Shown one piece after another: positions 41,901 to 53,900 of a stretch of DNA of 64,000 bases. A program made the translations under genes and the position numbers. The notes beneath the pieces were generated by a model that ran no database searches, had not been told where the DNA came from, and saw only the letters and a list, made by a program, of their open reading frames with translations. The stretch's first letter is position 1, and each line of letters opens with the position of its first letter. Source of the stretch: Mytilus trossulus. Its lineage: Eukaryota. Location: the NCBI RefSeq assembly GCF_036588685.1, contig NC_086384.1, forward strand, positions 34,410,001 through 34,474,000, given 5' to 3'.

Positions 41901-44900
41901 GTTTCAAATTGAAAGGACTTCAACTTCATCAAAAACTACCTTGAACAAAACTTTAACCAAAAACTTTAACCTGAAGTAGGACAGATGGATGAACGAATGG
42001 ATAAAACGAGGCACAGACCAGAGAACATAAATGGGGCATAAAAATAACAAACAAGAAAACTACTGTAAATTCAAATTTTCTTAAATGGATCTTTAATTTG
42101 AGATCACTTGAAATGTAAGGCCGTATTTTCAAACTGTTGAATTATGATTACCAGAGAACAGAGGACATGGATGGATATGGTAAGGTCTTTAATGTACATA
42201 CACCTTCAAAAATGAGCAAAACTCATAGGTAATAGTAAGCTATAAAACTTTTTTAAAGGCCTCTGAATGACAAAACATGAAACGTTTGTAACAAGAAAAC
42301 CACCCATGGTATTTCAAAGTCCTTTATAGCTGACTATGCTGTATGGGATTTGCTCATTGTTGAAGGCCATAAAGTGACCTATAGTTGATTATTTCTGTGT
42401 CATTTTAGTCTCTTGTGGAGAGTTGTCTCATTGGCAATCATACCACATCTTCTTTTATATATGACCAATTTAACAACTTACCATCTATACCAGTGTAATC
42501 CATTATAGCTTTAAGGGCAAAAGTAGCTTTTGTATCCAGAAAGTCAGTGCCATTTAACAACTTACCATCTATACCAGAGTAATCCATTATAGCTTTAAGG
42601 AAAAAAGTAGCTTTTGTATCCAGAAAGTCAGTGCCATTTAACAACTTACCATCTATACCAGTGTAATCCATTATAGCTTTAAGGGCAAAAGTAGCTTTTG
42701 TATCCAGAAAGTCAGTGCCATTTAACAACTTACCATCTATACCAGTGTAATCCATTATAGCTTTAAGGGCAAAAGTAGCTTTTGTATCCTGAAACTCAGT
42801 GCCATTTAAATTTATTATGCTTCCAGTGCTTGCGTCTTCATTGTAGATTCTTGCGTAATAATTTTGATACAATTCTCTGTCGTTAACAGTATCTTCTGCT
42901 CGTGTGGCACTGGCAACCACGCCTTCTTCTGCCAGTTTTGGATAAAAGATACCAATGAAATCTCCTTTCTCGACAGCAATTGGTGGATCAACGAAGACAG
43001 TCTGGTTTCCTTCATTGGCAATTGGAAGTTCTGTTTTACCGATAAGTCGAAACTGTAAATCGTTGATTTGTCTCCAGACACCAACATAGCCAGTGTAACG
43101 AGGAACAATACGATAATATTGCCAAGCAACGACATAACCACGGCATGGAAAGATGTTGTTTATAAGAAGATTGGCACGGTTGTCTCCGGAGCGAGGTAAT
43201 CTTGAAGGGTCCCTTCCAACAAAATCTGGACATGTTCTTCCATCTGTAATTAAATATCAAATTTTAGTCAGAAGATTTTCATATTACATTGTAGTTTACC
43301 TAAATATGTTAAGTTTTTTAAATTTTTTATTCTAAATATTTGAAACAGTTACGGCTAAATGCCCTTCAGTTGCATAATGCATTTATGTGTAAATTATATA
43401 ATTGTAACAACAGAAAGAAAAGTTTAAAATTGATAGTCAAATGTACCAATTGCAACATACACTAAAATACTAATAAAACATATAGTTAGTATTTATACTA
43501 ATGAAAAATACATTACCTCTTTCAAAAACAATCCCGTATTGTGCAAAAGCAAAATATAGGTTAAAAATTATAAAAATACATTTCCGAAACAAATCCATGT
43601 TTAGAATGTTCAAATTACATCACAGATATTATTTTCAGTTTACATAGCGGGCAATTTTTTTAAAAACTTTTACACAAACAAATCAGATAAAATAACAACG
43701 CTTTATTCATGTCATTATATAAGTACATGTAAAATAAACTCATGCTACACAATATAAGGATATCATAAATACAAGGTAAATGTAAATGTACATGTATCTC
43801 ACTTTGATCTGATCTAATAACAGGTTACGCTGAAGTTTTAAATAAATATTTCAAATAAAAAAGAAATCATAACCCCGCAATTATAATGTAATCAATACTT
43901 AAATGACTAACCGTAATTGATCATTAACTGTTTTTTAATGTGCTAAAGAAGTCAAATGATATTTATCTTTTGAACCTTTTGAAGAGAAAAAAGGCATCTT
44001 TTCATTTTATTTTTTTTCTAAAAAAATAATTTAAAGTTGGCTTTACACACTGAAAAAAACTCAGAATAACATGAGGACTTTTGATTTTTAAAAATTGATA
44101 TATAAGATACTCGAGGAATGAATTCCTAAGGTCTTAAATTTACCAGATTCTCATATCACAAAATGATTTTAGGCATCTTTTGCAATTTGAACTACAAGCA
44201 GCATAAAAATCCCATCATAATTTACTAATCTCAGTGAACCCCATTTCACGCTCTATATTCTTAAACTTTAAGTTACCAGGATAGAAGAGGATAAGATTCT
44301 TAAAGAAAACACAACATCTATGCCAAAATGATAGTCAAACTCATAAGTCCGTCCATCTGTCCCTATCCAGGTTAACGTTTTTGGTCAAGGTAGTTTTTGA
44401 TGAAGTTGAAGTCCAAGCAACTTGAAACTTAGTAAAATGCATGTTCCCTATGATATGATGTTTCTAATTTTAATGCCTGATTAGAATTTTGACCCCAATT
44501 TCACGGTCAATTGAACATAGAAAATGATATTGCGATTGGGGCATCTGTGTACTGTGGACACTAGCTGATATTTTTGTTTCTGTTCCAATATCATTTAAGA
44601 CGGGTGCCATATGTGGAGCAGGATCTGCTTACCCTTCCAGAGCACTCCTAGTTTTTGGTGGGGTTCGTGTTGTTTATTCTGTAGTTTTCTATGTTGTGTA
44701 CTTCTGTTTGTCTGTTTGTCTTTTTCATTTTTAGCCATGGCGTTGTCAGTTTATTTTAGATTTATGAGTTTGACTGTCTGTTTCAAAAACATATTCTTGA
44801 GTCAAATTCATAGAAAATGTCACTTGACACCACATTGAAATGTCTTGGACCTATTCTATGAACCCTGGCAGAATAGCTGTCTTTCAAATACATTCAACAG

Positions 44901-47900
44901 AAACCCAGGATGAAAGTACATTCACAGGTCACATTTTAATTTCATAACGACTAGCTGGGACCTTAAATAGCCCATACAAAATTTTAGGATGGAAATATCC
45001 ATAGTGAGTATATTATTATCTTTCAAATTGAGGCGGCCCTAGATTCGAAATATGTTAATCTGTTTCCCTGCTCTTAGGTGTTTAGTGTAAATTTCCAATG
45101 GCATATTTATACTTCTTTTATATCTGATTCTGTATGCCATACTGTTACACATAACCATCTAAGCAATGATTGATTGATTTCTGGTGTTTCATGCCACTGC
45201 CAGCTTAGTGGCAATTTGTTGATAGCCTTTTGTTATAAATTAAGAAGCTGAAAATGGGATCATCAAGCTCAATCTTTATTTTTCTATGTTGTGTTTAGAA
45301 TAATGTCTCTTGTTTATTTTTCTATGTTGTGTTTTGAATAATGTCTCTTGTTTATTTCTTATAGTTTGCCTAGGCATTGTCAGTTTGTTTTGACTAATGA
45401 CTTTAAATACAACTTTGGTAATTATCCCCCTTTCTTAGCTATATATAGTTCACCATGAGATGTATTTTTCTTTTTGTGTCTTGGGTTGCTGTCTTATTAC
45501 CCTGCATAATATTCATTTATATAAAAAATGAACTCTTCCTTTTTTTTTCTGTAACTCTACCTTTTTTTCTGTCATCTTTTTGTTTGCTTTTCTGTTAGAT
45601 TTTTCAATGTTACATTTTTTGTTGTTGTTGAAATTAATTAAGACATAACAAAATTCCAGCAACAGAAATATATTCTGTGAGATATATTTCAATAAATTCT
45701 CTTATAAATCTTTTTATACTTCACACATGGTTTAAATACCAACGAAATGAACATCTAATGATTATGACTTTTTCAATTTCTATAACTTTCGCATATTTTT
45801 CATCTGATATAATAATTAAACACATGCATTAATTGCGCAAATGCACATGCCAACATCATACATATTACTCATAAGTGCTTAATAATGAATGATTACATTT
45901 CGTGGTCTCACTGCTTATGGGAGAGTCTGGATGGGTGATCCTTTAATTCTTTATTCTTTATTTAGTTTTTAGAACATTTTTTTCTATTCTTTATATTTCA
46001 GTCCCCCATTCTTCTCTGTTTTTTCATGTTTTTTTGTCTTATTTTTCTTTCATCATTCCCCCCCCCCCTTTTCCCTCTCTTTTGTCCATTCCTCTTTTTT
46101 CAGTAGACCCCATCTATACCCTCTGATAGCAAACATTTGAAATGAAGCACATATGTTAGGTTGAATGGGTAGGAAATTGACCTATCTATATGAGAATAAC
46201 CTTTTTGACCTTATCAATAAATGTTATCATAAGCACTTATTAAACTAATACAAATATTAAACATGTTGATTCTGATTATAAAAATATTTGTATGTTAGGT
46301 AAACAAATTACAGAAATTTGGAAATGTGTGGTATATAAATTACAGCAGATTAACAGATTTAGAAATATAAATATTGAGACTGATATAAAAATATTTTTTT
46401 ATTGTTATATAAACAGTCAAGAAAAAGTCAAATATCTTCCTTCTTTATTTGTATTAAAATGTCAATTTTGAAGTTTTGCTATATATTTCTACATACAACA
46501 AAAAGAATTTGAAGATGATGATGGACAGATGTTTAACGTCCAAGGACTAATTGACTAATTGAATAATTTTCAAATATGATATAACCGACTTTTGACCCCA
46601 TATATATATTGTAGAACTTATGGACAAGTTATATGGTTATACATCAAGTAAAAGCAACCAAAAGATTTAAAATTAAACATATAATCCTTGTTACTTGAGG
46701 GAAATTTTACTGTTTTCCAATGATTTTGTTGTGTACAAAAAAATATATAAATGTCTGAGTCAAAAGTCTGTAATATTCAAGATTACAAGGAATGATAATG
46801 AGATATGTCTTAACTGCTTTGAACTGGACAGACACACTGACCCAGATTTGGAACTGTTCCCAGGAAGACATACCTCTACACCTGGGCATATCTGGACAGA
46901 CACACTGAGCCAGATTTGGAACTGTTCCCAAGGAAGACATACCTCTCTACACCTTGGCATTTCTGGACAGACACACTGAGCCAGATTTGGAACCCTAAGC
47001 CCAGGAAAACATACCTCTACACCTGGGCATATCTGGACAGCCAGTTCTGGAACCCTAAGCCTTAACTGCTTTGAACTGGACAGACACACTGACCCAGATT
47101 TGGAACTGTTCCCAGGAAGACATACCTCTACACCTGGGCATATCTGGACAGACACACTGAGCAAGATTTTGAACTGTTCCCAATAAGACATACCTCTACA
47201 CCTGGGCATATCTGGATAGACACACTGAGCCAGATTTGGAACTGTTCCCCAAGGAAGACATACCTCTCTACACCTTTGCATATCTGGACAGACACACTGA
47301 GCCAGATTTGGAACCCTAAGCCCAGGAAGACATACCTCTACACCTGGGCATATCTGGACAGACACACTGAGCCAGTTCTGGAACCCTAAGCCCAGGAAGA
47401 CATACCTCTACACCTGGGCATATCTGGACAGACACACTGAGCCAGATTTGGAACCCTTCCCAGGAGGACATACCTCTACACCTGGGCATATCTGGACAGA
47501 CACACTGAGCCAGATTTGGAACCCTTCCCAGGATGACATACCTCTACACCTGGGCATATCTGGAAAGACACACTGAGCCAGATTTGGAACCCTTCCCAGG
47601 ATGACATACCTCTACACCTGGGCATATCTGGAAAGACACACTGAGCCAGATTTGGAACCCTTCCCAGGATGACATACTTCTTCACCTGGGCATATCTGGA
47701 CAGACAAACTGAGCCAGAATTTGGAACTGTTCCCAGGAAGACATACCTTTACACCTGGGCATATCTGGACAGACACACTGAGCCAGATTTGGAACTGTTC
47801 CCAGGATGACATACCTCTACACCTGGGCATATCTGGACAGACACACTGAGCCAGATTTTGAACTGTTCCCAGGATGACATGCCTCTACACCTGGGCATAT

Positions 47901-50900
47901 CTGGACAGACACACTGAGTCAGATTTGGAATCCTTCCCAGGATGACATACCTCTACACCTGGGCATATCTGGACAGACACACTGAGCAAGATTTGGAACT
48001 GTTCCCAGGAAGACATACCTCTACACCTGGGCATATCTGGACAGACACACTGAGCAAGATTTGGAACTGTTCCCAGGAAGACATACCTCTACACCTGGGC
48101 ATATCTGGACAGACACACTGAGCCATATTTGGAACCCTTCCCAGGATGACATACCTCTACACCTGGGCATATCTGGACAGACACACTGAGCCAGATTTGG
48201 AACCCTTCCCAGGATGACATGCCTCTACACCTGGGCATGTCTGGACAGACACACTGAGCCAGATTTTGAACTGTTCCCAAGGAAAACATACCTCTCTACA
48301 CCTGGGCATATTATTCTTAGGCCAAACAGTCTTTTAAATGACTCCCAAAATGCTGTGGTTAGAAACAAATTTATACCAGTTTTCAAGTCTTTGGTCTGGC
48401 AAGGTATTGAAACCTTTACCTTACAAACCAGAGGCAAGCACATAGCAAGATGACCAAAGAGCTTTTTTTCTTGATATTTTAAGCACATTAAAATCCTTTA
48501 CAAGTTCTAAATGCAAACAAGACTGATAAATTCTAAATTCCAAAATTTACCATTGTTCATGAAATATTATCCAATTTAAGTAATTTTAACTTTTACATGG
48601 TAACAACATTAAAAATTAAAAATTAATTCAAGCAAATAACCCTTTTTACCATAAAATGCTGGACTAACCATATGAATTTTGAGACTCTAAAAGACATAGT
48701 CCATTTGGTATTTTGTTTATGTGTAACCTTGGGTAATTATGTCTGCTGTAAATATTATGTCATGTTAAAGCTACAACACTTCATGTTAGATTTATTTCAC
48801 TCCCACCTACGACGAGGAATTCTTCACGAATGCAAAACAAAATTGCAAATAACATCTTTTTATTTTGTCATAAAAGCAAAAGCCCTCAGATTTTTGTAGT
48901 GCAGTTTACTAAAGTCAAGTTATTCACAAATAGAGACGTATTTTTCATATTACACTTATAGGCATATTGTTTAAACATTAAAAATGAAGAAGTAAAGGTC
49001 TAAATTTATATCTTAGAACAACAACCTGAACCCTACCTAGAAAAGGGACACATTCTGCATATATATTTTTAATTTTATACCGTACAAACTGAACCCAAAA
49101 TAACAAAATCTGATTTTTTCAATTCTTAAGATTCCATAGCTCACTTCTGATCCATCCATCTTATATCTAGTGCAGTATTTACATTATCAATACTTATCAA
49201 TATCAATATCTATATACATAAGTATAATTGATATATCTGATTATCAATAAACATAGAAAATCAGTGTAAGTAGCTTTACCAGACTATAAATGATGTACCT
49301 AATTACTGACCAATGTTTACTCACCTAGGAATGATTATACAGACAACATACCATGTCTGCTTATAATGTTTTTGTATAAGCAATTTTTGTGACAGACTTA
49401 AAAGTTGTTTAACTCATGACCCCACTGTAGGATCCCATTATAACTTTGAAGTTTCCAGTGAATCTATTCTTGCAATGTCCTTTCTTATTTCTTAAGTTCA
49501 ATAAAGCAAAATATAGACAAACTTTTGAAAGATACAAAACCCTACAAAATATAAGTGTAAGTAACTTGGCCAGACTATACATGATGTACCTAATTACTGA
49601 CCAATGTTTACTCACCTAGGAATGCTTACACAGACAAAACATACCATGTCTGCTAAAGTTATTTCTTAGGCTTTTTTGTAACAGACTTAAAAGTTGTTTA
49701 ACTAAGTGACCCCACAATAGGAAGAAACCCATGATTACCATACATTTACCATTCATAAAAAAGCTTGCAGCTATAGCCAGAACAGTCAATCTTTTACAAC
49801 AATATTCCTTGTTCTTTGGCAGTGATCCTGACAAAGAGTTATTTCCCTTTAATTTTTATAGAGATAAAGAAAATTATCCCTTTACTGAATAATACAGTTA
49901 TTATATTAGGCTCACTATGGATCACTACAGTAATTGAAAGGAAGAGAGAATGGGGACAGTAAGGGCCTGAATTATTCAAGTTAAAAGATCCCAGTGAATC
50001 TTTCCGTCATAGCCATCTCAGAGGGGGGATAGGACCTGTATTGGGACTCCGGGATCGGGTATTTTTAAGCTCGGGATTTCAGGATTGACCCTTTCGGGAT
50101 CTGGGAAGTCTTTTTTTTGAATTTCGGGACCTCAGGATTTCGTTTATTTAAACCTGGGATTTCGGGATTTCGTGTTTTTAAGTTTGGGATTTCGGGATCA
50201 GAACCGCTCCTACCCTCCCTCATCTCAAACATCTCGACAATTTATTTTGCTTTGTCCTCTTGGTTTCAGCTACAACTTTGTTTAAATTTCTTTGTCTTTA
50301 TAATTTCTATATATCCTTAATAAAGCAAACAATTCTTTGAAAATTTATTGTTTTATCATTAAGATACAAACTTTATGAGTAAGAGACTTATTCAAGTCAA
50401 CACCCAAGAAATATTAATATACTTATAGACTAGTTGGAGGCAACATTAATATTAATAGTTTCCTAGTATAAAATCTGAAATAGATTGAAACAAATGCCTT
50501 TTTGTTTTCTAATTCCAAAAAAGAATTAGTTATGCTGTACTGGTATGTTTTGTTACACCCTATGACAAGACTTTCATTTAAATCTTCATTGCCTGTATAA
50601 TTTTGATAATTTCGTCAACTGTTGGGATTTAAATTGAAGTCAATATTGTAACTTTCCTTATAATGATTTCAGACACTGGTAATGTAATCATATTAAACTA
50701 CTGAACTTAAATTATGCGTGAGAATTTTGAAAATGTATGATGCCATAATGGCAGCAGACTCCCCAGATGAATCTGTTGCATGGTTAATTGAAGCCTCCAT
50801 ATGAACTTCACAATGTTATTGCATAATTTGCCAAGAAAACAAGATAACTCTACATTTAGACTATACATCAATACCTAGGGGTGTTTATATCAACACAAGA

Positions 50901-53900
50901 GAAATTTCATTTTGCAGAAGAATGTCTTAATGAAAAAGTTGGAATGTGCTCATCAGACTGGAGCAGTACTATAAAGAGGGAATATACAACCAGTACATAG
51001 TTACAAACCAGAATCTGGAATGGAGCAAATGACGTAATTATTGTCTCTTGAATGCATAAAGAGACACCTTATTTCATGAGAAACAGCAACGAATGTCAAA
51101 TAAAAAACAGGTTAAAGGTCAAGGAGACTGTAACTCAACAATACAATTTGACCTGGTTTAATAACTGGTAGCCACTGCTTTGTGCTGACACAGTATCATT
51201 TTGATTTTGATTGAATGATGTACTATGGGTTATTATATCATACAATTATTGACATTTTGTGAGGTTCATACTATATATAAATAACACATAGAAGAGAGCC
51301 GTGGTGTAGTGGTTAGGGCATCGGACTACTAACACAAAGGTTCCTGGTTCGATTCCCGTTCCGGATGAAAATTTCAGGAACTCAATTTTCGGCTCTCCCT
51401 TGACACCATTTGCGAGTATGGTCTTGAGGAAACGATGATAGTCCGTCGGAAGGGGACGATAAATGGCTGACCCGTGTTAAGAGAGAGCCATATCTCTTGC
51501 ACGTTAAAGACACCCTTGTAGATTTCGAAAAAGAGTAGGCTAATGCCGCTACAAGGCAGCACTTGCACCCGCAAAGTGGAAAGGGATTAATATAAGTTGC
51601 AAAACTTGTTTCCCAATCCACTATAAATAAATATGTTTAAACTAAACTGAGAGGGTAATAGAGCAGATTGTTACCCTGAGAAAACATTGTCAACTGAGGC
51701 AAAGCCAAGGTTGACAATGTCTTTTTGAGGTTACTTTTACTGTTCTAGTGTTATGCCCCTTTACAAATGGAATAAATACTGAATTTTTTGTTTCCACTTT
51801 TACTTAAGTTACATGTAGCCTTTAATAGTAGGGAACATATACATGTTGCATTGATATGTTCTTTTTCTAAATATGCATTTCATTTGCCAATGAACATTAT
51901 AAAGCTACATGACTATTAATCATCCCTGGAAAGGGAAATAACTCTAGTTAAATTGTTATTTTTACACTTAGGTTAACTTCATGAAATTCAGAACAGATAT
52001 TTTGTTCTTAAGTTATTATATGTGTATCTGAACTTTCTGACAAGGAACATTATTTTTCATTTGTTTGGATTGGGGAGGAGAGGCGGAGGCAGAAGGGGGT
52101 ATAATATTCTTGTGTGATGACTATTTTATTGAAGTAATTTTTGTCCTTCTTTAAAGCTATAGTGTTTTTATTTTGAACAAAACAGTATCAATATGCTCTA
52201 AAGAAACTTAATAATACTAAAATGATTTATTAATTTTGGAATTATATCCATCTAAAAACCTTCCACATTATTAATTATTTGAGGGATAAAGAACTTTCGT
52301 TACGTCAATAAAAGAACATGAACATAATTGGTAAATAACAAATTTCAGAACATTAAAATATAAACATACAAATTAATTCTAATCAAATTGGGTGGTATTA
52401 ACCAGGTGCTCAACGTCTTTTTCTTGACAAGGACAGACTACTTCTCATGACAAAATTATATTAACTTCCGATTTTAACATTTCAACATTACCGCACAAAA
52501 GAAGTATTTTAAAACATATAACAAAAAGGTCTTATCAACATCCAATCGATCAAAATTGTCGACACTTATTAAACCTTAGTGAAATTTCTCAATGTATTGA
52601 TAATGATCACATGGTTTTGATGTCATGCATAATTTAACTTTCCTTCCACTTCAATAAATTTATATTTCCTGATAAAAAAAAGCACAATTAAGATATCTCA
52701 TTAAAATTTGATTTTTATTTTCAAAATGCTTAATTTACAATCTGACCTATATTTCTTTTTTTCTGATGTATACACTTAAACGTGAGGGCGTAAAAAATCA
52801 ACCATGCCAGACTTATAAATGTAGGGCACCACAGTTTTAGTGATATAAGGGAATAAACATACTATCAAAGTTGTTTTTAAATAGCTCTCAATAAAGTGAG
52901 TCAACTTTTAAACTGCTGATTCAACAGAATCTGATTTTTATAAGTTATGCATACCTTTTATACTATAATGTTATCATAACTTTCAAAGGCTTTAATATGG
53001 TGTTAAAATGATTAGATATGAACAAGTGGCACTTAAAAATGGTGAGGGAGGGAAATATAAGAACACAACTGTCATTTGAACTTTTTTTTCTCAAATTTTC
53101 TAAATTCTTTGACCATATTACTATGTATCCCTTTTCTATACATTAAAAAAGTCAAATTAATTTATCATGCAAGCAATAACAGGCCATGTCAGATCACCCT
53201 AGATTTTTACCATTTGTGTCAAACCTATGGAATTTGAATCTCAATTCAAAAAGTGACCTCTAATAGGGTCAGTTTTCTTAAGTCCTGAGTGTGACCTTTA
53301 TACAGGTTTGATTGTACATAACCTTAATTAAAAAGCTAAGTGATGACAGATTCTAATATTCCTTCATTTTTCATTTACCTGTCTTTTGTAAACAGTATAG
53401 ATAAAAAATCATTATTCTGTCGAGAGGTGTGGGTATAATAATCATTGGCAGATCCAGGGGAGTTGGGGTTCCAGGGTCACCCCCCCTTTTTTTTTTGGCT
53501 GATCAATGTATTTGAATGGGGACATATAGCTGGAAACCCCCTTAATCCTGGGTTGGGAACCCCCCCCCCCCTTTTTTTAAATGGCTGGATCCACCCCTGA
53601 TAATAGAATAACAATATGCTTAGCAATTTTCTTTGTCTGATTAACACTTCGTCCATCTTGATTCATTCATATTGAAGTAATTTACAATTTGAGACAGCTG
53701 TATCCTTGTATAGATTGTACTTTCAAATCCATTATCTTAGCAATACTTGAATATGTTTTCTGGCGGAAGAAAATGGAATTAAGATTAGTTTTAGATGAGC
53801 AAGTTGACCCAGGTGAATGCTATTGTTTAAAATGAGGCTTACATGGAGAGTGAGGCTTTTTTTGGAGAGTTGTATCATTGGCAATCTTCTTATTTTCGTA

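Noticed and set aside
42815-43141. 108-aa ORF with a signal-peptide-like start ([23 protein letters not shown]), suggesting a nested secreted gene
   Set aside because: It is an alternative frame of the 510-nt exon; the exon frame is longer, bounded by splice sites and in phase with its neighbours.
46695-48488. Cys-rich repetitive ORFs up to 201 aa
   Set aside because: Translations of the 68-bp satellite; the unit is not a multiple of 3 and frames rotate.
51299-51363. tRNA gene
   Set aside because: A and B boxes are present but the acceptor stem is incomplete, and a SINE body and tail follow.
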